A stretch of DNA of 64,000 bases. Source: an uncultured virus (IMG/VR IMGVR_UViG_3300022744_000004). Taxonomy: Duplodnaviria > Heunggongvirae > Uroviricota > Caudoviricetes. Of the stretch, positions 52,244 to 60,888 are shown piece after piece. The position numbers were made by a program, and so were the translations under genes. The stretch is from the IMG/VR virus record IMGVR_UViG_3300022744_000004, positions 1-64,000 of that record; one strand, given 5' to 3'. Numbering within the stretch: the first letter of the stretch is position 1; each line of letters begins with the position of its first letter. The notes below the pieces were generated by a model, which worked only from the letters and a program-made list of their open reading frames with translations, searched no databases and was not told the origin of the DNA.

Positions 52244-54244
52244 TCATCCCTTCGCAAGTCCATACCGTTTGTTGTACCCAACGTCCGCATTGAGCGGGAT
52301 GCCGGGCATCCACTTGGGCACCTGAATCATTTGCTCCTTGATCCAAGCGCTCCCCTCCGCTGCGCCAGCCTCTGGCACCAGCACGAGTCCTTCGTCATGC
52401 ACTGTCCCCTTCACAGGGAAGCGCTTCTGCACGCGCAACAGGCCGTCCGTCATCACGATGCGGGCCAGTCCTTGCGTGGTGTTGTTCGCCAGCAAACCAG
52501 CGTACAGCTTCTTGCGCAGCTTGCCGGTGCTGAATGAATACTGCACACGACCCTTCTCATCCTTCTCTTCCTTGATGTCGCGGTAATACATCCGCATCCC
52601 GTTGACCATCTCGATCTCGCCCTTGCGGAACGTGAGCACGCCCTTGTGGTTGTACTCGTTGCCTTCGATCAGGCTGTGCACGATGAGGTTGCCCAGCAAC
52701 TCCCAATAGCCTGCTACCGGGTGTGCCGCTGCGCGGTACTTGTCGATGATGGCCTTGGCTGCAAGGCAGTGGATCAGCAGCTCTTCATCGGTGCAGGTGT
52801 GGGCTATCTTCTCCATCTTCTTCAGGTTCTCGCCGTTGCTGATGAAGGCGCTGACCTGATTGCCGGTCACACCCAACTGCTTGGCATCGGCCTTGGTGTA
52901 GCGTTGCGGCGGCGCACCGAGGAAGCCTGTCAGGAGCTGCCCAGCGAACGAGGCCCAGCCAAGCTGATACCCAGCGCCCAACAACGCGGACTTCGCGCTC
53001 TGACGCAGCAGCGGGTGGCTCTCTTTGGTCAAGCCGGGGATGCTGAACATCGTTGCGCCAAACGTAGCATAGGGATCGCCACCGGCACGGAAGATGTCAA
53101 GCATCTCATCGTAGTCCGACAGCCACGCCAGCACACGCGGCTCAATCTGTGACAAGTCACCAGCGCAGATCACATAACCATCCGGTGCCATGATCGACTT
53201 ACGCAGGAACGAGCCGCGCTTCATGTTCTGCATGTTGATGTTGCCGGTGGCAGCGTACCGTCCAGTACCCGCGCCGTAGTAGTGCAGTGGCACCGGCAGG
53301 CAACCGCGCTTGGAGATGTCGATGAACCGCTGTGCGCGTGTGCGCTCCAGTGTGGACTTCACCTTCAGGCGGGCTTCGCACATCAGGGCGGCGTCTTCGT
53401 TGTCGCCGTTGAGCAGTGCTTGGAACAGCGCATCTGTCTTGGCAAACGCATAGGTCAGCTTGCCGGTTGTCTTGCTCACCTTCTGCGGCGGCTCGATGCC
53501 GAGGCTGCGCAGTACATCAGCAAACATATCGTTGCTTGCCAGTTGGGTAGGCTCCACGCTCACCTTCGTCAGCGCAGCGGCCAGCTTGTCGTTCTCCTCC
53601 ACCAGCGCCTTCTCCAACAGCTCCCGATCCAGCTCGAACTCCGGCTCGGTGAACATACGCAGGGTCATGTCGATCAGGCGCAGCTCCTTGGTGGGGTATG
53701 ACCCGGCGGTGCTGCCGTCGGGGAACACACGCATCAGCAGCTTGCCGAAAATCTGTTCGCACAAGTACACGTCATGCTTGCAGTATTCGGCCAGTTCTTT
53801 TTCAGTCTGCGCATCAAGCTCGCGCAGCCCATCGGTGCTGTACACAGCGCGACCCTTGGGCGGGTAGCCATAGGCTTCGGCCAGTTTCGCTAAGCTGTTA
53901 CCGGCTTCACTTCCACGCATAGCGCGGGCCATTGATAGCGTGTCGAAGATGAAGCATGGGTTGACGCCGTAACGCAGGGACAGGATGCCCACGTCGAACA
54001 TGGCGTTGTGCCCCACCACCGCAGTCTTAGTCCAGTCGTACATCGACAGAATCTTTGGCAACTCTGCGTAGGTGTACCACTGCGTCTTCGTGTCTGCTCC
54101 GACTTCGTGGATGCAGGCACCGTGGGCGTGGAAGCGGTCATCACGGATGTACTCCTCGGTTGTCATCTTGCTGAGCGTGTATTCCTTTGAGTCCCAAAAG
54201 GTTTCAAAGTCGATACACAGGATTGTCTTATACGGTTGTGCCAT
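52244..54244 (-). CDS. polA: family A DNA polymerase with 3'-5' exonuclease
   Basis: Exo DFET, HNAMFD, YCKHD; motif A DLSQIEPR, motif B RQSAKSALLGAGY, motif C VHDE. Confidence 0.93.
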   Translation of the reverse strand: MAQPYKTILCIDFETFWDSKEYTLSKMTTEEYIRDDRFHAHGACIHEVGADTKTQWYTYAELPKILSMYDWTKTAVVGHNAMFDVGILSLRYGVNPCFIFDTLSMARAMRGSEAGNSLAKLAEAYGYPPKGRAVYSTDGLRELDAQTEKELAEYCKHDVYLCEQIFGKLLMRVFPDGSTAGSYPTKELRLIDMTLRMFTEPEFELDRELLEKALVEENDKLAAALTKVSVEPTQLASNDMFADVLRSLGIEPPQKVSKTTGKLTYAFAKTDALFQALLNGDNEDAALMCEARLKVKSTLERTRAQRFIDISKRGCLPVPLHYYGAGTGRYAATGNINMQNMKRGSFLRKSIMAPDGYVICAGDLSQIEPRVLAWLSDYDEMLDIFRAGGDPYATFGATMFSIPGLTKESHPLLRQSAKSALLGAGYQLGWASFAGQLLTGFLGAPPQRYTKADAKQLGVTGNQVSAFISNGENLKKMEKIAHTCTDEELLIHCLAAKAIIDKYRAAAHPVAGYWELLGNLIVHSLIEGNEYNHKGVLTFRKGEIEMVNGMRMYYRDIKEEKDEKGRVQYSFSTGKLRKKLYAGLLANNTTQGLARIVMTDGLLRVQKRFPVKGTVHDEGLVLVPEAGAAEGSAWIKEQMIQVPKWMPGIPLNADVGYNKRYGLAKG

Positions 54245-54482
54245 GTTTGTCCTTCATGTCGTTGTAGCGCACCTCTACTGCGAGTAGCATGTTGTTCATT
54301 ATTTCAATGCGGTCTTTTACAAGTGGCGGGTCTGTTTCATCCCAGTCCACGCGCAGCATGTTGTAGCCAAGTAGTGCATCACGCACCACGCTGAAGTTGT
54401 CGCGTCCATCGATGCGAAAATGCCCGCACAGGATGCCTTGCGGCAGCCGTGCGTCGGCACTGATGTACCACGTAACTTTCAC
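54228..54482 (-). CDS. hypothetical protein
   Basis: Coupled ORF in the leftward operon. Confidence 0.55.
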   Translation of the reverse strand: MKVTWYISADARLPQGILCGHFRIDGRDNFSVVRDALLGYNMLRVDWDETDPPLVKDRIEIMNNMLLAVEVRYNDMKDKHGTTV

Positions 54483-54733
54483 TGCACCACCTCGGGCGTG
54501 TCTGCGTAGAAGCGGCGGCCAATAGCCTGCGCTGTTGCCAGCATCGGGCCGACGATGAACTGGTTGCCGCAGGACATCAGCATGGCTTGTCCACCACCAT
54601 CTTCGTCGTACACGACGATCATCGCGCCGCGCTCGCTGCTGATGGTGCGCACCGCTGCACTGGCGATAGCCAGCACCGTGTGCTGCTCCTCTTCGCTTAG
54701 GGCGAGGAGTTGTGTTTTGAATTCATCTTCCAT
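54479..54733 (-). CDS. hypothetical protein
   Basis: AAGGA RBS before MEDEFK. Confidence 0.65.
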   Translation of the reverse strand: MEDEFKTQLLALSEEEQHTVLAIASAAVRTISSERGAMIVVYDEDGGGQAMLMSCGNQFIVGPMLATAQAIGRRFYADTPEVVQ

Positions 54734-55029
54734 GTCATTTCCTTGATTAGTTCTATGAGGTCGCACAGTTCTTCCAAATTGTTTTCGCGGGCCACAAAAG
54801 CCAGCCCGCCTGATTCTTCGATCATCTGCATCTCGCGCTCTTGCAGCGCGGTTGGTTTGCCCTTACCAGCCTTGCACTCGATTGCCAAGAAGCGCCCGCT
54901 GGGGCAGGCGATGATGTCTGGTATCCCGGCGCGGCCGTAGCCAACGCCGGGCGGCATGAAGTAGTAGATGCCCCGCTCAACGAGCAGGCGCTTCACCGCT
55001 GTCTTGACTTTCGACTCAGGCGTTGCCAT
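54697..55029 (-). CDS. VRR-NUC domain nuclease (putative resolvase)
   Basis: PE.KVK...GIPDII...IECKA...PTALQ. Confidence 0.88.
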   Translation of the reverse strand: MATPESKVKTAVKRLLVERGIYYFMPPGVGYGRAGIPDIIACPSGRFLAIECKAGKGKPTALQEREMQMIEESGGLAFVARENNLEELCDLIELIKEMTWKMNSKHNSSP

Positions 55030-55537
55030 TTGCAATCTTCACTACGTGGCGGGCCTGATGTACTGCGTCATCGAGCGCGTTGTGCTTCACGCCTTCAAAC
55101 GGGTCGGCCTCAATGTGTTTGTACAAAGCCTTCACCGTGCGGTAGCAGCGGTCGCCCCAATAGGGCCAAGGCTTATCCAGCTTGATTGCCCGATACGCGC
55201 TGTCGAGCAGTACGTTGTCAAACGTAGCGCCGTTACCCCACAGGCACGCCCCCTTGGGGAACCAGCCGCAGAAGTCGTGCAGCGCATCGTGCAACGCGTC
55301 ACCCTTTTGGGTGAACACATGACGCGCATCGGCGCTCTGGTTCATCCACCACTCCACCGTGGACACGTCCATCGTCAAGCCTGCGCGTACACAAGACTGT
55401 GCATCAATGCGCCGGTAGAAGGTGCTGATCACGCCACCTTCATTGAACTGGGCTGCGCCCAGAGAAATGATCACAGAGCCGGGCGCAGTGCCCAGCGTCT
55501 CCAGATCAACCATTACGTGCATTCCGTCCAGTTTCAT
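55016..55537 (-). CDS. DEDDh 3'-5' exonuclease (DUF5051-like)
   Basis: MVDLETLG, WGNGATFD, HNALDDA. Confidence 0.88.
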   Translation of the reverse strand: MKLDGMHVMVDLETLGTAPGSVIISLGAAQFNEGGVISTFYRRIDAQSCVRAGLTMDVSTVEWWMNQSADARHVFTQKGDALHDALHDFCGWFPKGACLWGNGATFDNVLLDSAYRAIKLDKPWPYWGDRCYRTVKALYKHIEADPFEGVKHNALDDAVHQARHVVKIANGNA

Positions 55538-55721
55538 CGTCCATCTCCTGTAAAAGTCTTTTCAAATAAACCGCTTGGTCGAGGCATTCCTCGTAGGCGT
55601 GTTGCACCCATTGGCGCTGTGTCAGCTTGTTTCCTGCCAATGTAGTGCCGTACTTCTTGATGCCCATCTGCTGGCGGTAGCGGATGTCAACGCACACAAG
55701 GGCTTCGGTGTCTTCGATCAT
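55506..55721 (-). CDS. hypothetical protein, possibly MazG-like helical hairpin
   Basis: G.KKYG..L...W..HA.EE.LD...YL pattern. Confidence 0.65.
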   Translation of the reverse strand: MIEDTEALVCVDIRYRQQMGIKKYGTTLAGNKLTQRQWVQHAYEECLDQAVYLKRLLQEMDDETGRNARNG

Positions 55722-55891
55722 TTCCAGTCGTCCTGATGTTTGCGAAGCTCTTTCATCGCGTCACGCAAGTCCAGCCTGACTTGCTCCAACGCATTGCGCA
55801 GCTCGATGTTCTGAAGGTATTGCTCCAGCGCATACTTGGCGAGGGTGTCAGTCTGCCAAGCTGCGAAGTTGGGTACGTCACTGTCTTTCAT
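55718..55891 (-). CDS. hypothetical coiled-coil protein
   Basis: Start trimmed to MKDSDV (ATGA overlap). Confidence 0.6.
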   Translation of the reverse strand: MKDSDVPNFAAWQTDTLAKYALEQYLQNIELRNALEQVRLDLRDAMKELRKHQDDWK

Positions 55892-56094
55892 TTGGGTGCC
55901 CTCATTGGTGTGGAAGCACGAAGATACACCGAGTCGCTGGTGATGTAGGTCGGGCGCGGCTCCAGCCGAGACTGGTTGGCCGAGCGCGTCGAGTTCGCTC
56001 CTGTGAAGTTCTGGGCTGACCTCCAGTTGCCAGTGGTGAAGATAGACGGCTTGCCCTGCCAGTTGAACGGTGAACATTGGTCTTTGTCTTTCAT
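55888..56094 (-). CDS. hypothetical protein
   Basis: Coupled 4-bp overlaps. Confidence 0.55.
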   Translation of the reverse strand: MKDKDQCSPFNWQGKPSIFTTGNWRSAQNFTGANSTRSANQSRLEPRPTYITSDSVYLRASTPMRAPK

Positions 56095-56333
56095 GCGATG
56101 TCGAACGCCTTCTTGGTGGTCGCACGGATGTTGGCGATGATCTTCAAGCCACGGTCTTCCTGAATCCCCTCCTTGAAGCGGTAGGTTGCGCTGCCGTTTT
56201 TGATCACCACGGGATTGTTGCGGGCCTCCGCAAAGGAGGGCTGCGATGCGGCTTTGATAGCCGCCACCAACTCCTCCCGGTTGTGTACTTCATAGGTAAG
56301 CATACTTCTCCAAGTTTGTAAAGTTTTGAACAT
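56091..56333 (-). CDS. hypothetical protein
   Basis: Coupled ORF; start may be the later MLTYEV. Confidence 0.55.
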   Translation of the reverse strand: MFKTLQTWRSMLTYEVHNREELVAAIKAASQPSFAEARNNPVVIKNGSATYRFKEGIQEDRGLKIIANIRATTKKAFDIA

Positions 56334-56533
56334 TATACATCATAGGGCTTCTTGGGCAATGGTGCCCAGTGCGTCCAGAACCGGGACTTACCATCCCATG
56401 TTCCATAGGCGGCGACACCACCAACACCGAGCAGTTGCAGCTTCACGCCTCGCGGCGTGTCCTTGGTGATGGGTATCCAGTAGTAGTCGGTCGCAACGGC
56501 GGCGGTCTTGTCGCGGTTAATTGTGTGCGTCAT
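56333..56533 (-). CDS. DUF551-like small phage protein
   Basis: WIPI...P...THWAPLP pattern. Confidence 0.65.
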   Translation of the reverse strand: MTHTINRDKTAAVATDYYWIPITKDTPRGVKLQLLGVGGVAAYGTWDGKSRFWTHWAPLPKKPYDV

Positions 56534-56798
56534 TCATACTCTCCGGTCGTGGGCAGTCGTCGTAACGCTTCATCTCTGCGGCGCACCACACCTGCGTTGC
56601 GTAGTGCTTGCGTGTGAGCTTCCAGCGATCAACGTAGAACAGCAGATTGTCATCCAGCGCAAACCGGATGGTGCTACGGGGAAACCCCGTTTCCTTCTCC
56701 AGCTCGTATGCAGTAAGACCGTCGCTGTCTTTGAGTGCGTCATACACGGCGCGTATGCACCGCTTGTAACGCTCAAGGCTGATAGGTGCTGCGCTCAT
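56517..56798 (-). CDS. hypothetical protein with possible winged HTH
   Basis: DGLTAYELEKETG...IRFAL. Confidence 0.6.
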   Translation of the reverse strand: MSAAPISLERYKRCIRAVYDALKDSDGLTAYELEKETGFPRSTIRFALDDNLLFYVDRWKLTRKHYATQVWCAAEMKRYDDCPRPESMNDAHN

Positions 56799-57007
56799 AG
56801 CTTCATGAACCCCGAGTCAGGTGGTGGGTACTCAGCATCGTCCAGCTCGAAGACGCGGCGGATTTCAGCGGGGTCGCTAGTGGTGCTGCCAGATGCGCCG
56901 TGCTTGTAGCCCCTGTCGTAAGCCTCTTTCAGCTTCTTATTGATGAACTCCACTTCAAGCTGTGTCCACTTCCATCCGTGGTCGGGGTGGTCAAATTCGC
57001 TGATCAT
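56795..57007 (-). CDS. hypothetical protein
   Basis: Coupled overlaps. Confidence 0.6.
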   Translation of the reverse strand: MISEFDHPDHGWKWTQLEVEFINKKLKEAYDRGYKHGASGSTTSDPAEIRRVFELDDAEYPPPDSGFMKL

Positions 57008-57372
57008 TTCAATGCCTCCTTAATCGCAACCTTGATGTCATGCAGGTCGGGCTTGCCTTCCTGCCAGTGCGTCACACGATTCAGGAATGCCTGCACATGG
57101 AGCAGCAACTCGGTTGGGCCTTGGGGTGCTGCATATAGCGGCACGAATAGGAAGCCAACCTCTCCCAACGGCTTCTCTTTTATGAAGTGCATATTGTTGC
57201 TTCTGTGCATCCATGCCACCGGCTCCGCTTGCTCCTGCTTCATCTTCTCCAGCACAGCGGCTTCGATGGCGCGGGCGAGTTCACGGAGGGTTTCAAAGTT
57301 TGCCCCATAACCGCTGTTCGCAGCCATGATGCTGTCGTTTTTCCAAATGTCGTCGTCAGTGAGTAGGTTCAT
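57004..57372 (-). CDS. hypothetical protein (ARAIEA / EPVAW / PLY mosaic type)
   Basis: GGAG RBS before MNLLTD. Confidence 0.65.
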   Translation of the reverse strand: MNLLTDDDIWKNDSIMAANSGYGANFETLRELARAIEAAVLEKMKQEQAEPVAWMHRSNNMHFIKEKPLGEVGFLFVPLYAAPQGPTELLLHVQAFLNRVTHWQEGKPDLHDIKVAIKEALK

Positions 57373-57373
57373 T

Positions 57374-58138
57374 TCATTTCTCCAAGTCACGTAGTGGGCT
57401 TCCAGCAAGTCCTTTGGACTGCAACCACTTCAAACAGTCATTTGCTTTGGTCAAGTCCGGGTGGTCATCTTCAATGTGTCGGCGGCAGATGCGTACAAGG
57501 TTCCTAACCATCATCGCCAAGTCAGGCTCCGCTTGCTCCTGCCTTGGTGCTGGGCGGGTGTAAACGGCGTACATAGTCAGACTACCGTCCAGTTCGTCGC
57601 CAAACTTCGGTTTGATGGAACTCGCGTGATACACCGGCTTAGTACCACCATTAGGGCTGGGCCAGTTCACAATCCATCCGTGTGGAATGTCACGCACTGG
57701 CTCCTGCTTCAGCCGCTCAATCTCAGCATGTAAGTCACACTGATTACGCAGGTTCTCTTTCTGGTCGGCTTTCCATCCTTCAATCTCAGCCGCTTGGCTG
57801 CGGACACTCGCACACAAGTCGTGCATGAGTGAATCTGACTCCACTAACAGACTACGCAGCCGGTCGATCTCAGCCGCTTGATCTTCAAGTCGCTTCTCCA
57901 TGTGTACTAATGTCTGCGCGTCATACCCATACTGCTCTGGAAATCCGTTCTCCAAGCGGCGAACCAGATTGACAGGCCCATAGCCCTCGCTGTCGCAATG
58001 CGCGTCCCAGTGCTCTGTAATCTCAACCGCAGCGGCCATCATTACGGTGTGCAGGTTTTCAATCTCAGCAACTTGGCTTTTGCACTTGTCGCAGTCGTGC
58101 TGGACGCATCCAATGTGCGGAAAGTTTGCTTCGGTCAT
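57374..58138 (-). CDS. Ead/Ea22-like mosaic protein
   Basis: Repeated QAAEI.RL segments; QEPV and AEPD motifs. Confidence 0.65.
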   Translation of the reverse strand: MTEANFPHIGCVQHDCDKCKSQVAEIENLHTVMMAAAVEITEHWDAHCDSEGYGPVNLVRRLENGFPEQYGYDAQTLVHMEKRLEDQAAEIDRLRSLLVESDSLMHDLCASVRSQAAEIEGWKADQKENLRNQCDLHAEIERLKQEPVRDIPHGWIVNWPSPNGGTKPVYHASSIKPKFGDELDGSLTMYAVYTRPAPRQEQAEPDLAMMVRNLVRICRRHIEDDHPDLTKANDCLKWLQSKGLAGSPLRDLEK

Positions 58139-58419
58139 ACGGATTCCTTCAGATTGCGGATAGCTTCAGCGCATTCTTTGTAGCGCCCGTTCTGCCCGTT
58201 TACATTGATCATCTGCATCTGTGCTTCACACACCTTCGCAGCTTCTTCATACGCATCACGGATTGCTTGGCGCATCTGGGATTCGGTGTACATGAACTCT
58301 TTATCAGGGGCGGCGGAACCCATCACTTTCCAACTACTGCCGCTCCCGTTGTCACGGTAGTCCCATCCGTAGCCGTCATAGTTGAGACGGAACGCTTCTG
58401 GCTCTGGTAACTTAATCAT
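58135..58419 (-). CDS. hypothetical protein
   Basis: GGAGG RBS before MIKLPEP; YTESQM, EEAAKVCE...CAEAIR. Confidence 0.7.
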   Translation of the reverse strand: MIKLPEPEAFRLNYDGYGWDYRDNGSGSSWKVMGSAAPDKEFMYTESQMRQAIRDAYEEAAKVCEAQMQMINVNGQNGRYKECAEAIRNLKESV

Positions 58420-58760
58420 GCTTCCTCCTTCGGTGTAAATTTCTCGGTGCCTTCTACCTTCACGCAGTAGGAACTCCACTTCCACGGTGGGGTGTCCATG
58501 TTGCTTCCATGCCAGCACATAGTCCCGCGCTTGGTGGGGCCAGATACACTTCCGGGTTCTGACTCGGTGAACTCAACAGTCCACAGCCCCTGCACAATAT
58601 CTTTTGGCTTGATGCGGTACTTGCTACCAGTCAGCAGACCATGCACCACAGTAGTGTCTTTCCACCTGTTGTCGTAGTCTTTGCGCTGGACTGTCGCACC
58701 ATCAACAAAGGCTTGGATAAGGGGCAACAACTCTGCCCATTCTGCACGCGATCCGCTCAT
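58416..58760 (-). CDS. hypothetical protein
   Basis: IQAFVDG..VQ...W...YRIKP pattern; start MSGSRA. Confidence 0.65.
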   Translation of the reverse strand: MSGSRAEWAELLPLIQAFVDGATVQRKDYDNRWKDTTVVHGLLTGSKYRIKPKDIVQGLWTVEFTESEPGSVSGPTKRGTMCWHGSNMDTPPWKWSSYCVKVEGTEKFTPKEEA

Positions 58761-58972
58761 ACATCCACCCATTCTTGCGAGTACGCATCCCACGCCACAC
58801 GCTTGACTTCTGCAAGGTGGTGGCTCTCAATGATTTGGTCATCCAGCGGGTAGCCCAGCTTGTAAAAGCTGTGCGGCGCTACGTGAAGAATCCCAGTGCC
58901 CTCTCCGGGTTGGAGTTCAATCAAGATGTGCTGGCGACCATCCTTCAATGTCTTGGTGTGTAAGTGTTTCAT
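58757..58972 (-). CDS. hypothetical protein
   Basis: GAGGAG RBS; coupled overlaps. Confidence 0.65.
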   Translation of the reverse strand: MKHLHTKTLKDGRQHILIELQPGEGTGILHVAPHSFYKLGYPLDDQIIESHHLAEVKRVAWDAYSQEWVDV

Positions 58973-59217
58973 ATCGGAAGACTCCTCAACAAGTTAGCTG
59001 TAACCATGCACACGTACTTCTGACCCTTCTCATCGACCATCACCAGATCGACCGTCGCATTACCATCCACTGTGCCTTTATCCACCACCACAACCTTGTC
59101 GATCTCAATCGGCAGAAAGATAGGCGGGCGGTAGAAAAAGCCACGCTTAGTGGCGTCATGTGCATCCTCACACAGATGCACCTCAAGGGTTGTGTTTACT
59201 CCAAATTGCGGCATCAT
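58969..59217 (-). CDS. hypothetical protein
   Basis: GGAG RBS; coupled overlaps. Confidence 0.65.
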   Translation of the reverse strand: MMPQFGVNTTLEVHLCEDAHDATKRGFFYRPPIFLPIEIDKVVVVDKGTVDGNATVDLVMVDEKGQKYVCMVTANLLRSLPI

Positions 59218-59309
59218 TTACTCCAATCCAACAGGTACACGAGGAAGACGATGGGTGCGCCGATCAGGCCAAGCGTCCACGTCACGGCATAGAAAACACG
59301 TTCAATCAT
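59214..59309 (-). CDS. small membrane protein (31 aa)
   Basis: Not in track; ATGA overlaps on both sides; MIERVFYAVTWTLGLIGAPIVFLVYLLDWSK. Confidence 0.55.
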   Translation of the reverse strand: MIERVFYAVTWTLGLIGAPIVFLVYLLDWSK

Positions 59310-60052
59310 TTCGATGTCTCCTTATTCACAAAGTACCCACGGATCGCCACCTCCATGTTGCTCGTGCCGCCGGTCACACGGCGCAGGTTGGCGCTGTAGG
59401 TCTTCAGCATCTGGTCGGTGTGGTGCCCTGAGTGGCGTGTGTGCAGGAACACAACCTCGCAGTTGTCAGCGATAGCACGCAGCCGCCCCTTGTCGTCGCC
59501 ATCGTTCCAGAAGCGGATGTCCAGTGACCCGCCGAACTTCTCCTGCAGTGCCCCGGCTTGCTGCGGCAGAAGGCCCACAACGCCGATGACAGGCTTGTAG
59601 GAGCGCGGAGCTGGGGTAGGTGCTGCCTCGGGCAGAACTACTGCCACAGGGGCCGGAGCGGGCAGCGTGAGGTGTGCCGCAGGCGTGACACCGGCCAGCG
59701 CAGCGGGCAGCTTGGCCTTGACCTTCTGCACCAGCGCGGCCACCAGCCCCTCGGCCATGCTCTCCACTAACGCATCCAGACTGATGTTCGGCTGTGAGGA
59801 TACGTATTCTTTCTGCTTAGGTTCACGAGGCTTGGGTTTGTCGAACGTCTTGCCGGTCAGCGACCAGCGCAGGATGGGCCGGTTGGACAGGCTGCGGCCC
59901 GCCTCTGTGGACACCGCTATGCCCTTGTCCCGCAGCCCACACAGCCGGGCTGCGATGTCGCTGTTGACTAAGCCTGTCGCTTTTGCGATGTCGGCCACCA
60001 GCGCATCGGGATGCGACTGGAGGTATTCATGGATCACTTTTGCTTTACTCAT
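59306..60052 (-). CDS. N-terminal winged-HTH plus C-terminal alpha/beta domain protein
   Basis: AAGGAG RBS before MSKAKV; IHEYLQSHPDALVADIAKATGL; Pro/Ala linker; VIGVVG...VVFLHTRHSGH. Confidence 0.7.
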   Translation of the reverse strand: MSKAKVIHEYLQSHPDALVADIAKATGLVNSDIAARLCGLRDKGIAVSTEAGRSLSNRPILRWSLTGKTFDKPKPREPKQKEYVSSQPNISLDALVESMAEGLVAALVQKVKAKLPAALAGVTPAAHLTLPAPAPVAVVLPEAAPTPAPRSYKPVIGVVGLLPQQAGALQEKFGGSLDIRFWNDGDDKGRLRAIADNCEVVFLHTRHSGHHTDQMLKTYSANLRRVTGGTSNMEVAIRGYFVNKETSK

Positions 60053-60053
60053 C

Positions 60054-60203
60054 TCACTTCTCCTTTGGTATGTCACGCCATTCGCCACCGCCCCATGCGA
60101 TAGCATCCACTTCTGCCGGTGAGTAGCGCAGCAAGGAGGGCTGAACCCACCACTGCTGCAGCACACCGTCCTTACTCCACTGCAATAAATTTGTCGGAAT
60201 CAT
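60054..60203 (-). CDS. small hypothetical protein (49 aa)
   Basis: Not in track; ATGA overlap; VLQQWW...GEWRDIP. Confidence 0.6.
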   Translation of the reverse strand: MIPTNLLQWSKDGVLQQWWVQPSLLRYSPAEVDAIAWGGGEWRDIPKEK

Positions 60204-60415
60204 GACTGCTCCAGTTGAATACGGGTTTCCCACATCTTGCGCATCGTCAGTTTGAACTTGTCCCGCTGCTTCTTGCTCATCGAATCAGCCGGGAACTCGT
60301 AGCGATCCAGCACGCGTTTAGTCATGTTGCTACCGGAGTATGCGATGTCGTCAAGATTACGCACCACCGCAACCCACTTCTTCTCGAAGAAGAATCCAGT
60401 TACTTTGATTTTCAT
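60200..60415 (-). CDS. hypothetical protein
   Basis: Start trimmed to MKIKVT (ATGA overlap). Confidence 0.55.
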   Translation of the reverse strand: MKIKVTGFFFEKKWVAVVRNLDDIAYSGSNMTKRVLDRYEFPADSMSKKQRDKFKLTMRKMWETRIQLEQS

Positions 60416-60873
60416 TTCTTGGGCCAGCCGAGTTTGCACAGGTCTGCTGCCACATCCATGAGCGCGGGCACATTCTTGTTGGGCTGCGCCTCAGTCGGGT
60501 AATACTTCTTGAACTCAGGCAGGCGGTCGTGCAGTTGCTTCAGCGTGGTGCATGCGTGGACAGCCATGCTCAACTTGTTGTGTGCTTTGCTGCGCACGTT
60601 CTGCTCTTCCTTGTAGACGGCGATGACCTTATCCACGTCCGCATCGCCCACGATGAAGTCCTGCCCGCGCCGATCCGTGTTGATGTCGTAGCTTGCCAGC
60701 CACTGCTTGCACAGCGCCTTGGGCCGCACGGCGTACAGCTCTTGTGCCTCTTTCGACATAGCCGCCACGAGCTTTTGCTGCACCTCCTTGATGCGGACAT
60801 TCTCATCTACACGGGGTACGTCTGCCATGATGGCTTTGACGATTGCTTCTTTCTGGTACTTAACGAGTTTCAT
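60412..60873 (-). CDS. Nmad5-like (nucleotide modification associated domain 5) protein
   Basis: MKL.KY.KE.IV.AIM.DVP...TTLKQL...LPEF.KY.P pattern. Confidence 0.6.
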   Translation of the reverse strand: MKLVKYQKEAIVKAIMADVPRVDENVRIKEVQQKLVAAMSKEAQELYAVRPKALCKQWLASYDINTDRRGQDFIVGDADVDKVIAVYKEEQNVRSKAHNKLSMAVHACTTLKQLHDRLPEFKKYYPTEAQPNKNVPALMDVAADLCKLGWPKK

Positions 60874-60888
60874 ATCATCTCTCCTTGG

